Below are positions 52,560-64,000 of a DNA stretch of 64,000 nt, in pieces; within the stretch, counting starts at the first letter, position 1, and every line of letters begins with the position of its first letter. The notes below the pieces were generated by a model that saw only the letters and a program-made list of their open reading frames with translations, was not told where the DNA came from and searched no databases. The translations under genes were made by a program, and so were the position numbers. Source of the DNA: Mobula hypostoma (taxonomy: Eukaryota); the NCBI RefSeq assembly GCF_963921235.1, contig NC_086097.1, positions 244,220,001 through 244,284,000 on the forward strand, written 5' to 3'.

Positions 52560-53832
52560 CATAAAGCTAAAGAGATGGCATATAATAGAGCAAAAATTAG
52601 TGGGAAGCTGGAGGATTGGGAAGCTTTCAAATACCAACAGAAATCAACTAAAAAAAGTCATTAAGAAGGTAAAGGTGGAACACGAAAGTAAGCTAGTCAA
52701 TAATATTAATGGAGGATACCGGAAGTTTCTTCCGATACATGAACTATAAAAGAGAGGGGGGAAAGTGGACATTAGCCCACTGGAAAACAGTGCTGGAGAG
52801 GAAGTAATGGGGGCCAGGGAAATGGTGGATGGACTGTACACGTATTTTGCATCAATCTTCACTGTGAAAGACACTAGCAGTATGATAGAAGCTCCAGGTA
52901 TCAGGGGGCATGAAGTGTGTGAAGTTACCATAACTAGAGAGAAGATTCTTGGGAAACTGAAAGGTCTGAAGATAGATAAAGCACCTGGACCAGATGGTGG
53001 GCACCCCAAAGTTCAGAAAGAAGTGGCTGAAGAGATTGTGGAGGCATTAGTAATGATCTTTCATGAATCCACTAGATTCTGGAATGGTTCTGGAAGACTG
53101 GAAAATTGCAAATGTCACTCCACTCTTCAAGAAATGAGAGAGACAGCAGAAAGGAAACTGTAGCCCAGTTAGTCTGATCTCAGTGGTTGGGAAGATGTTG
53201 GAGTCGATTGTTAAGGATGTGGTGTCAGGGTAGTTGGAGGAACATGATAAAATAGGCCATAGTCAGCATAGTTTCCTCAAGGGAAAATCTTGCCTGACAA
53301 ATCTGTTAAAATTCTTTGAATAAATAACAAGTAGGATAGACAAAGAAGAATTGATTGACATTTTTTTTGGATTTTCAGAAGGCCTTTGACAGGTGCCACA
53401 CATGAGGCTGCTTAACAAGCTATGAGCCCATGGTATTACGGGAAAGATCCTAGCATGGATAAAGCAGTGGCTGATGGGCAGGAGGCAAAGAGTGGGAATA
53501 AAGGGAGCCTTTTCTGACTGGCTGCCGGTGACTAGTGGTGTTCCACAGGAGTCTGTGTTGGGGCTAATTCTTTTTAAGTTATATGTCAATGATTTGGATG
53601 ATGGAATTGATAGCTTTGTTGCAAAGTATGCAGATGATATGAAGATAGGTGGAGAGACAGGGAGTTTTGAGGAAGTAGAGCGGCTACGGAGGAACTTAGA
53701 CAGATTAGGAGCATGGGCAAAGAAACGGCAGATGGAATACAGTGTCAGGAAGTGTATGGTCATGCACTCTGGGAGAAAAACTGAAAGGGTTGACTATTTT
53801 CTAAACAGAGAGAGAATACAAAAAACTGAGGT
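52560..53832 (+). mobile_element. CR1 ORF2 fragment
   Basis: ORFs 52765-53163 and 53474-53929 (GVPQESVLG, YADDMK). Confidence 0.85.
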
Positions 53833-53834
53833 AG

Positions 53835-54892
53835 AAAAACATAGAAAACATAGAAAACCTACAGCAGGTGCCAAACATGTCCCTACCTTAGAAATTACTA
53901 GGGTTACCCACAGCCCTCTATTTTACTAAGCTGCATGTACCTATCCAAAAGACTCTTAAAAGTCCCTATCATACCTGCCTCCACCACCATTACCGGCAGC
54001 CCATTCCGTGCACTCACCACTCTCTGAGTAAAAAACTTACCCCTGACATCTCCTCTGTACCTACTCCCCAGCACCTTAAACCTGTGTCCTCCTGTGGCAA
54101 CTATTTCAGCCCTGGGAAAAAAGCCTCTGACTATCCACACGATCAATGCCTCTCATCATCTTATACACCTCTATCAGGTCACCTCTCATCCTCCATCGCT
54201 CCAAGGAGAAAAGGCCGAGTTCACTCAACCTATTCTCGTAAGGCATGCTCCCCAATCCAGGCAACGTCCTTGTAAATCTCCTCTGCACCCTTTCTATGGT
54301 TTCCACATCCTTCCTGTAGTGAGGTGACCAGAACTGAGCACAGTACTCCAAGTGGGGTGTGACCAGGGTCCTATATAGCTGCAACATTACCTCTCGGCTC
54401 CTAAATTCAATTCCACGATTAATGAAGGCCAATACACCGAATACCTTCTTAATCACAGAGTCAATCTGTGCAGCTGCTTCGAGCGTCCTATGGACTCGGA
54501 CCCCAAGATCCTCCACACTGCCAAGAGTCTTACCATTAACACTATATTCTGGCATCATATTTGACCTACCAAAATGAACCACTTCACACTTATCTGGGTT
54601 GAACCCCATCTGCCACTTCTCACCCCAGTTTTGCATCCTATCAATGTCCCGCTGTAACCTCTGACAGCCCTCCACACTATCCACAACACCCCACAACCTT
54701 TGTGTCATCAGCAAATTTACTAACCCATCCCTCCACTTCCTCATCCAGGTCATTTATAAAAATCACAAAGAGTAGGGGTCCCAGAACAGATCCCTGAGGC
54801 ACACCACTGGTCACCGACCTCCATGCGGAATATGACCCGTCTACAACCACTCTTTGCCTTCTCTGGGCAAGCCAGTTCTGGATCCACAAAGC
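53835..54892 (-). mobile_element. 5'-truncated CR1 (same subfamily as 19944-20930)
   Basis: ORFs 54106-54753 and 54677-54889, with a near-identical 3'UTR. Confidence 0.9.
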
Positions 54893-54984
54893 TGTTACAC
54901 TGGTTAATCATTTTGCAGAGCAATATATGCAGGTGCCAGGAGTGACCATGAGTTTTCGGTTGCCTGAAATGTTAACTGTCCGTC

Positions 54985-57222
54985 CCATTCCATCTCTGCT
55001 TTGTCTATCATTCTAGGGGATTTTAACCAGGCCAGCTTGAAAAAGTCTCTAAAGAATTATTATCAACAAATCACTTGTAGCACCAGAGCAGCCAACACAC
55101 TGGACCACTGTCACACCACCATCAAGAGCATTTACCGTGCTATCCCACACCCACACTTCAGAAAGTCTGATCACTCGGCTGTATTTCTACTCCCAGAGAC
55201 TGAAGACTGCAGCATCAGTAGTGAGGGCCAAGAAGGTAAGGACAAGGGAGGCGCAGGACCGATTACAAGACTGCTTTGAATCGGTGGACTGGACTGTATT
55301 CAGGGATTCATCTTTGAGTCTGAATGAATACGCCACAGCTGTCGCCAACTGCATTATAACCTGTGTGGATGAGTGTGTGCCTAAGAGAACACACAGAACA
55401 TACCCAAATCAAGAGCTGTGGATGAACCAGGAGATTTGTAGTCTGCTGAGGGCTAGATTTGTGGCATTTAAGTCTTGCAACCCAGGTCTGCACAAGAAAA
55501 TGAGGCATGATTTGCGGACGGCTACTTCGAGAGCTAAGAAACAATTCTGGGCGAGGTTGGACGTCAACTCTGGCAGGGTTTACAGGCCATTATTTCCTAC
55601 AAAGCGAAACCCAACATCATGAATGGCAGTGATGCATCACTCCCAGGTGAGCTCAATGGCTTTTACGCTCGTTTTGAAAGGGGGAATAAAACTACAGCTA
55701 TGAGGATCCCTGCAGCACCCAGTGACCCTGTAATCTCTGTCTCGGAGGCCAACGTCAGGCTGTCTTTCAGGAGGATGAACCCTTAGAAGGCTCTGAAAAT
55801 GTGCCAACCATCTGGCAGGGGCATTCAAGGACACTTTCAATCTCTCACTGCTACAGTTGGAAGTTCCCACCTGCAATTATACTAATGACCAAATGTGAGC
55901 TGCCTTAATGACTATCATCCAGTAGCACGCACATCTACAGTGATGAAGAGCTTTGAGAGGTTGCTCATGGCTAGAATCAACTCCTGTCTCAGCGAGGACC
56001 TGGACCCTCACCAATTTGACTATCATCACAGTAGGTCTATGGCAGACATGATCTCATTGGCTCGTCACACGGCCTTGGATCACCGGGACAATACAAACAC
56101 CTATGTCAGGATGCTGTTCATTGACTATAGCACAACGAATTCTACAGTGCTGATCGAAAAGCTACAGAACCTGGCCTCCGTACCTCCCTCTGCAACTGGA
56201 TTCTTGACTTCCTAAAGGGAAGACCACAGTCTGTGTGGATTGGTAATAACATCTCCACCTTGCTGACCATGAACACTGGCGCACACCTCAGGGATGTGGG
56301 TTTAGCCCACTGCCTTATGCTCTCCACACCCATGACTGTGTGGCTAGGCACAGCTCAAATGCCATCTATAAACATCCTGATGATGGCAGAATCTCAGATG
56401 GTGACAAGAGGGCGTACAGGAGTGAGATATATCAGCTAGTTGAATGGTGTTGCAGCAACTACCTAGCTCTCAACGTCAATAAGACTAAAGAACTGATTGT
56501 GGACTCAGAAAGGGTAAGACAAGGGAACACACATTAGTCCTCATAAATGGATTAGAAGTGAAAAGCGTGTGCAATTTCCAGTCCCTGGTTCTTAATATCT
56601 CTGAGAACATAACCTGATCCCAGCACATTGATACAACTATAAAGAAGGCGAGACAGTGGTTATATTTCATTAGGGGTTTGAGGAAATTTGGTTTGTCACC
56701 TGAAACACTTGAAAATTTCTACAGAGAGCATTCTGACTGACTGCATCACTGTCTGGTATGGTGGTGGTGGGGGGGAGTAGTGCACAGGATCAAAGTAAGC
56801 TGCAGAGAGTGGTAAAATTAATCAGCTCCATCATGGGTACTAGCCTCCATAGTATCCTGGACATCTTCAAGGAGTGGTACCTCAAAAAGGTGGCGTCATT
56901 ATTAAGGACCCCCAGCACCCAGGACGTGTCCTCTTCTCATTGTTACCATCAGGTAGGAGGTACAGAAGCCTGAAGGAACACACTCAGTGATTCAGGAATA
57001 GCTTCTTCCCCTCTGCCATCCGATTCCTAAATGGACATTGAACCCATGGACACTACCTCACTTTTTTTTAAATTTATGTTTCTGCACTAATTATTTAACT
57101 ATTTGATACATTTTACTGTAATTCACAGTTTTTTCCCTACAGCATCGCATATTTCACTGTACTGCTGCCACAACGTTAACAAGTTTCACAACATATACTG
57201 GTGATATTACGCCTGATTCTGA
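54985..57222 (+). mobile_element. Rex1/Babar-type LINE (endonuclease end, RT, 3' tail), degenerate
   Basis: IILGDFNQ...TLDHC...SDH (55001), CLNDYHPVARTS / RMLFIDYS (55895) and tail CCTGATTCTGAT. Confidence 0.88.
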
Positions 57223-58513
57223 TCCTTGGCGGTCGACACGATCAGATCAAGGCCCGGCGTAAGGTTGATGAACAACACCTTACCTAGGAACCAAAGTACG
57301 ATAAACTGATACAGCATAGGAACGTGAGGCACTGCCTTCAGTTATCAGGGCACTGAGCACGAAGCTTACATTCCAATTTATGTTCCAACAACGGGCACCA
57401 GTCTCCTCAACCCTCCAGGGCATCTTCGAAAGGCGGTGCTACCAGAGCCATCAGACATTCCTCATGCCTTTCTTTCTCATGAACCTCCTCTGGACCCTCT
57501 CCAACAGCAGCACATTCCTTGTTAGATAAAGGGCCCCAAAATGCTCACAAAACTTCAAGTGCAGCCTGACTAATGTCTTAAAAACCCTCAGCATTACATC
57601 CTTGCTTTTATATTCTAGTCCTCTTGAAATGAGTTAGAAGGTAGAACAAAAACTTGTATCTATGTGGCAGCAGCTCACTGTAAAAAGGATTTCAGCACTA
57701 ACCACATTTTTGAGAACCTCATGAATTAACTAGTTATGGAAGCAAGCATGTTAAACCTCTTATATCAGCAAGAAAGTAGCCGTCAGAAATATGAGGTGCC
57801 TTCCACAGTCAGCTGATGAATCGGGCCTTCTGAGAGGCCAGCCATCCTCTTCACTCCACAGATGCCATTTGACCTGCTGAGTTCCTCCACTGGTCAGTTG
57901 CCTGTTCCATACTCCAGTGTCCGCAGTCTCCTGCATCTCCATTTTGCTCCAGGTGGTTCAGAAACGATTGGAAAGAAGGATCCACTGGCATTGGAGAGAG
58001 CCCTGAGGAAGCTCAGGAGAAAGATCCCAGGAATGAAAGCGTTAACATATGAAGAGCATTTGATGGCTTTGGGCCTGGGCTCACTGGAATTTAGAAGAAT
58101 GGAGGGAAGGTCTCATTGAAAACTATCAAATATTGCCTAGTCAGAGTGGGCATGTAGAGGATGTTTCCTATAGTGGGGGATTCTAGGACCAGAGGGCACA
58201 GCCTCAAAATAAAAGGACGTCACTTTAGAACAGAGATGAACAAGAATTTCTTTAGCCAGAGGGTGGTGAATCTGTGGAATTCATTGCCCCAGCTGGCTGT
58301 GGAAGCAAAGAAATTGGTAATATTAAAGCAGAGGTTGACGGGTTCTTGATAAGTAAGGGTGTCATATGTTACAAGAAGAAGTCAGGGGAATGGGGTTGAG
58401 AGGGATAATAAATCAGCCATGATGGATTAGTGGTGAAGATTCAATGGGCCAAATGGCCTAAATCAGCCCCTATGTCTGATGGCCTCATGGACTGTAGAAA
58501 ATAGTAAGGGCAA

Positions 58514-59813
58514 CGTACATTGAGGATTTGGTTACAGTTTAGAAAACATTTTGGTTTATTGAGATTCTCCCTCTCAAGTCCCATATTTTCTAATTGTTTT
58601 TTCAAACCATCTTTAATTGACTCATCTTTTAAAGAATGGGATAGATTGGGTATTAAACGATTTCAGGATTTGTTTCATGGAGGGAATCTCTCTTCTTTTG
58701 TGTAACTTTCAACAAAATTTAACCTTTCCAATACTCACTTTTTTCGATACTTACAGATTAGAGATTTTTTAAGATCTCAATTACTTAGATTTCCTACAAG
58801 TCCAGATAAGAATATAATAGATACAACTTTTAATCTGAAACCCTTTGATAATGATTCAATATCTTACATTTATGGTCTACTGTTGGGACTGAAAATGGCC
58901 TCTTTAGATAAAATTAAAGCAGATTGGGAAAAAGATTTACAGATTTTTATATCTGATGAGAGCTGGAAGATGATTTTAAAATTGATTAATTCTTCATCAT
59001 TATGTGCTCATCATTCTTTATTACAATTCAAAGTGGTACATACAGTTCATATGTCTAAAGATAAGCTTTCCCGTTTCTATGCAGGTATTTCCCCTTACTG
59101 TGACAGATGTACTAATGGAGTGGCCACACTAATTCATATGTTTTGGACATGTCCGAGCGTTGAAAAATTCTGGAAAGATGTATTTCAAACTTTTTCTGTA
59201 CTTTTCAATGTTAGTTTTAAGCCCAATTCTTTGACTGCCATGTTTGGTATTGTTGAGGATAATACTACAAAATTGAAACCATCTAATTTGTGGGTATTGG
59301 CTTTTATGTCTCTTATGGCCAGGAGGACAATCTTGCTCAAGTGGAAGGAGGCCGCCCCGCCCACTCATGTTCAACAGCTATCTGATGTTATGTTATGCCT
59401 TGATCTAGAGAAGATTCGTTGTTCGATTTCTGATTCTAAACACAATTTTCTAATGATATGGGGACCCTTTCTGAATTATTTTCACAATCTTTGAACTGTT
59501 ATTGAAGTATGGATCTGAGCCATTATTATTATTATATCATATGGTAAGGTATCTCTTTTTTTTTCTTTTTTTTACCAACCAGCTCATTTTGGTAGTGGGG
59601 GTAGATCTTTTCTAATAAAATACAATTATTTTATTCTATTTCATTTCATAATTCAATCTTTTTTTATACATGACTATTTTGGAATATGGGATACTGTGAT
59701 CATATTACTGTGATTTAAATGTAATGTAATTTGTATTATTTACCTGTATCCTTATGAATTTTGTATTTGTATTCATGTAATTTACATAATATCAATAAAA
59801 ATATTGAAAAGAA
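58514..59813 (+). mobile_element. 5'-truncated L1/Tx1-clade LINE (ORF2 C-terminal zinc-binding domain plus 3'UTR)
   Basis: ORF 58883-59494 with CDRC...LIHMFWTC, an A-rich tail with AATAAA, and 18-bp TSD AGAAAATAGTAAGGGCAA at 58496-58513 and 59814-59831. Confidence 0.92.
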
Positions 59814-60417
59814 AGAAAATAGTAAGGGCAAAGAATCTACACTGAGTGGGGTACGACCCCCGTCAAGGTGGCAGTGAACTGCGGTCTCTGTTGAGGTCAC
59901 GGCTCAGATTTAGTTGTTTTTTAAGTTTGTCGGGATGATGTTGGGGACAGAGAAGGTACTTAGGAGTCAGATTAGGGTTTAGAGAGAGTGACCCAGGGCA
60001 GTTAAATGTCAGACCATAAAGTAGAGGTTGATAGGTTCTTGATTAGTAGGGGTATCAAAGATCACGAGGAGAAACGGGTTGAGAGGGATAATAAATCAGA
60101 TGGACTGATGGAACAGACTCGATGGACCAAATGCCATAAATCTGCTACTATATCTTGTGGTCTTATGGTCTTTAAAGCTATTTTGGAATTAATTAACATT
60201 TTAAGGATTTGCTTCTGTCTTAATGCCTCATTATCATTTCAAAATATACACAGATCCAGCAACAAATGTATGTTGTTTCGTAGACTGTTTCAGCCTTTAT
60301 GAAGCGTTTATTTGGTAGGTTCCTGCCAGGGTCCATTTCTGGTTACGGGCTACCTTTACCTAATCCTTTACCCTTTGTCTTCAATCTGCTGTGCGCAAAG
60401 TAGATTCTATTCAATTC

Positions 60418-60724
60418 GGGCGCCATGGTAGCGTAGCGGTTAATGCCACGCTATTGTAGCTCAGGGCATTCCAGAGTTTGGAGTTCAATTCTGGCGCCAT
60501 TTTGTAAGAAGTCTCTGTATTTCCTCCCCGAGGAATGGGTGGGTTTTCACCGGGTGCTCCAGTTTCCTCCCACAGTCCAAATATGTATCAGGTAGGTTAA
60601 TGGTCATTGTAAATTGTCCGGTCATTAGGTTATCGTTAAGTCAGGTTTGTCGGGGGTTGCTGGGCCAGCCTGGCTCAGGGGCCCAGATGGCCTACTCTGT
60701 GCTGCATCTCAATAAATAAATAAA
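60418..60724 (+). mobile_element. Full-length tRNA-derived V-SINE/HE1-like SINE
   Basis: Box A TGGTAGCGTAGCGG, box B GGAGTTCAATTC, V-domain, CR1-like 3' stem and (AAAT)n tail. Confidence 0.88.
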
Positions 60725-61869
60725 CAGAATGAAGGCAGTGAACCATGGGAGGGAGGGAAGCAGCAGGGGCACTCGAGGGAGGTGTGGGCAGGTGACGAGA
60801 CGAAAAGCAGTGAGAGGGGAGCCAGACGGGAGTGGGAAAAGAAAGGTGGGAGGTGGGGGAGAAATAACCAGGGAAGGGCCTACTGCACACCGTATCACTA
60901 AATAAATAAAGAATAAATAAAACTCTTTGAATAAATGTCAAAATCCCTACTTTGGTAGTAAATGCAATTCACACTCAGGTGAGCAGATTACTTGCTTTTC
61001 CTTGGCTATAATCGGATATTGCACTGCAGGATATGAATATTCAAAGTTCTAAATAGTCGTATTCCAAATGGGTGTGTAATCCTAAAGACTGTGCAGGCAC
61101 TACAAAGGTCAAAGATTTTGGGGCTAAACAACAGCTTAGTTGAGCTGAGAACATATATATATATATTGGACTCAGAATGAGAAACCCAGTATCTCTGATG
61201 CAGGAACAGGAATTATTTGAAAATATACCCGAAAACGCAAACTGCATCAATACACAGGTAGGGTGAAAAAATAATCCATCTGCTGAATTTCCTGCCACCA
61301 CATATGAAAGTCTCATCATGTGTGGAGCCCCAGTAATGTTATACTGTTTAATTTTTAACAGGTGCTGTACATGCACCTCACTGTTAGTTTATTTTTGATA
61401 ATATCACCTTATGTGTTCTATATGTGAGTTACTGTATGTGCACTGTATTGCACACACTGGTCTAGAGGAACATTGTTTCGTTTGGTGGTATACGTGTATA
61501 CGGTTGAATGACAATAAACTTGAACTTGGATTGACTACTTTCTATTTGGATGCCTAATAATGTGCAAAGGGATTTAAACTGTCCACATCATCGTTAGGAT
61601 TTACAGGGGCAGGATACAAGAAACCCCAAATGCACAACTACAGATAATACCAAATTGCCTCTCATATAGGAAGAAGTATCCTCAAATTTTCAGCCTATCT
61701 GGCTTTAAGAAACATCTCCGAACTTCCTCATCGCTTCAGTGTGCCGCTTTGATATTCTGACTCGCTGCAATGGACCACAACAAGGTCCATCCTAGTTGAA
61801 GATATGAGACAGGAACAGCCAATACCACTTTAAGTTACATCACCTTCAATGTGCGGACACAGTGTGATA

Positions 61870-61968
61870 TCATATTTTGACCAAGATATCAAGTGGTACA
61901 AAGCCGATCTTCTTCCCACTGTGCACCTTAATGAAGCCATTATTCTCTTCACCTTTGTCCACACAGAT
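61870..61968 (-). CDS. STAC: Terminal coding exon of an SH3 and cysteine-rich domain protein (end of second SH3 domain)
   Basis: Acceptor TTAATCTTTATCCGTAG|ATC on -. The 99 nt encode ICVDKGEENNGFIKVHSGKKIGFVPLDILVKI*, resembling the recalled STAC C-terminus (ICVS..GFIRVLSGKKKGLIPLDVLENI). STAC neighbours ARPP21 in human. Confidence 0.88.
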   Translation of the reverse strand: MCVDKGEENNGFIKVHSGKKIGFVPLDILVKI

Positions 61969-62069
61969 CTACGGATAAAGATTAACATTTAAAAGGTTAA
62001 TATCATATTCATGCAGCAACGTAAACATCCGCAGCAATTCTCCAGAAACAAAAGATACTTTCAAATCTT

Positions 62070-62232
62070 AAACACAAAAGATTCTGCAGAAGCTGGAAAT
62101 CCTGAGCAACATGTACAAAATGCTGGAGAAATTCAGCGGGCCAGGCAGCATTTATGAAGAGGAATAAACCATCTATATTTTGGGCCGAGACTCTTCAACA
62201 GGACTGGAAAGGAAGGGGGAAGAAGCCAGAAT
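62070..62232 (-). mobile_element. Penelope pseudo-LTR remnant with a decayed hammerhead
   Basis: Minus strand reads CAGTCCTGTTGAAGAGTCTCGGCCCAAAATAT...GCTGCCTGGCCCGCTGAATTTCTCCAGCATTTTG. Confidence 0.8.
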
Positions 62233-62249
62233 TCCTTTCACTATAAAAT

Positions 62250-62815
62250 TTCTGGTGGTCACTTTATTGGGTGCATGAGACCTCACATAAGGTGGCCACT
62301 GACTGTATTTCTGCATGCTTGTGGGCTTCTGCCACAGTAGCCCATCTATGGTAAGGTTTGAAGTGTTGTGCAGTTCTTCTGCACACCAATGTTGCGGCAC
62401 ATAGCTATTTGAATTACTGTCACCTTCTTGTCAGCTTGAAGCAGCCCGACCATTCTCCTCTGACCTCTCTCAATAACAAGGTGTTTTCGCCCACAGAACT
62501 GCCACTCACTGGATGTTTTTTTTTGTTTTTCACACCAATTTCACACCAATCTTGGTAAACTCTAGAGACTGTTGTGTGTGAAAGTCCCAGGAGATCGGCA
62601 GTTTCTTAGATACTCAGACTGTTGGTCTGGCACAAGCAATCATTCCACAGTCAAAATCACTTCAACCACATTTCTTCCCAATTCTGATGTTTGGTCTGAA
62701 CAACAACTGAACCTCTTGACCATGTCTGCATGCATTTATACGTTGAATTGTTGCCAGATGATTGGCTGATTAGATATTTGTAATAACGAGCTGTTGGGTG
62801 TATATTTCATAAGAG
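62250..62815 (-). mobile_element. Tc1-like transposon deletion derivative
   Basis: TIR remnant GTGGTCACTTTATTGGGTGCA. Homologous to 41766-42272. Confidence 0.7.
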
Positions 62816-63369
62816 TATAAGAAAATCTTTCTCTATTGGGACCCATTGACAATTATACACTGTCTTCAAAACTTTCTTAATTTTGACCACAACAGGGTGA
62901 CCTGATCTTGCTTCTGCCAATCTACTGGTTCTAAAGAATGCTGCTTAACAATTTCAGTAACTTAATTGATGTGAGTTCACTTACAACACATCAAGCACGT
63001 TGGTGCAACAGGAAGAACAAATAAAACCACAGATTCCAGCGTCTGAAGCAAAAACAGAAAATGCTGGAAAAACTCAAACTGGCATCACAGGTAGATAGGG
63101 TCGTAAGGAGATCTTGGCACGTGGACCTTCATAAATTAGACATTGAGAACAGGAGTAGGGATGTTATGTTAGAGCTGTATACAATATTGATTAAGCCTAA
63201 TTGGAAGTATTGTGTGCAGTTCAGATCATCTACCCGGGGGTCCACAGACACCTGGCTTAATAGTATTGGTCCATGGCATTAAAAAGGTAGGGAACCCCTG
63301 ACCAACAAGAAAGATACCAATAAGATTGAAAGAGTGCAGATTAAATTTACAAAGATGGTTCCAGGACTT

Positions 63370-64000
63370 GAGTTAAAGTCGGTAGTGAAGAAGGCGAATG
63401 CAATGTTGGCATTCATTTCTAGAGGAATAGAGTATAGGAGCAGGGATGTGATGTTGAGGCTCTATAAGGCGCTGGTGAGACCTCACTTGGAGTACTGTGG
63501 GCAGTTTTGGTCTCCTTATGTAAGAAAGGATGTGCTGACGTTGCAGAGGGTACGGAGATTCACTAGAATGATTCCGGGAATGAGAGGGTTAACATATGAG
63601 GAACGTTTGTCCGCTCTTGGACCGTATTCCTTGGAGTTTAGAAGAATGAGGGAGGACCTCATAGAAACATATCGAATGTTGAAAGGTATGTACAGGGTGG
63701 ATGTGGCAAATTTGTTTCCCATGATGGGGGAGTCTAGTACGAGAGGGCATGACTTAAGGATTGAAGGGCGCCCATTCAGAACAGAAATGTGAAGAAATTT
63801 TTTTAGTCAGAGGGTGGTGAATCTATGGAATTTGTTGCCACGGGCGGCAGTGGAGGCCAAGTCATTGGGTGTATTTAAGGCAGAGACTGATAGGTATCTG
63901 AGTAGCCAGGGCATCAAAGGTTATGGTGAGAAGGCAGGGGAGTGGGACTAAATTGGGAGAATGGATCAGCTCATGATAAAATGGCAGAGCAGACTCAATG
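63370..64000 (+). mobile_element. CR1 3' part (runs off the window end)
   Basis: ORF 63334-63792 (LYKALVRPHLEYC). Confidence 0.9.

Noticed and set aside
57805..57845. Additional hammerhead (AGCTGATGAATCGGGCC...)
   Set aside because: GAAA and the cleavage triplet are not recognisable, so it is at most a heavily decayed Penelope remnant.
59872..59890. CAGTGAACTGCGGTCTCT resembles mature miR-128
   Set aside because: The seed is broken, there is a 2-nt insertion, no hairpin partner is visible, and it lies outside ARPP21. I saw no miR-128 hairpin in this window, and it is expected further upstream.
60418..60500. tRNA gene
   Set aside because: The A/B boxes belong to a SINE head, with no cloverleaf, and are followed by the SINE body.
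61858..61864. miR-128 seed match on - in the STAC 3'UTR
   Set aside because: Only 5 nt after the stop codon, too close to be effective, and a 7-mer is expected by chance.
62895..62960. Possible further STAC exon on - (GATCAG|GTCAC)
   Set aside because: The frame has an upstream stop and no SH3 similarity.
1..64000. CRISPR arrays, prokaryotic operons or other foreign inserts
   Set aside because: No regularly spaced repeat-spacer units or gene-dense segments are present. The repeats are explained by eukaryotic transposons.

Overview
Vertebrate nuclear DNA, inferred to be from a cartilaginous fish (shark or ray) because of its HE1/V-SINE plus CR1 repeat complement. Most of the window is nested transposon debris: several CR1 LINE subfamilies, Rex1/Babar LINEs, Penelope-like elements, tRNA-derived SINEs, one L1/Tx1 3' end, Tc1 and hAT miniatures, and a solo LTR. 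Three host coding exons are visible. The last two coding exons of ARPP21 lie on + (16344-16495 and 35718-35975), separated by a 19.2 kb intron, and the 3'UTR carries a miR-128 seed match and a polyA signal. The terminal exon of a STAC-family gene lies on - (61870-61968), is absent from the ORF track and converges on ARPP21. The most notable non-coding system is a set of Penelope-derived repeats carrying minimal hammerhead-ribozyme motifs, including two short, TSD-flanked, self-complementary (inverted) copies with no ORF. Almost all supplied ORFs are retrotransposon fragments or their antisense shadows. Element boundaries without a stated TSD are approximate, and family names come from recalled motifs, not from database searches.
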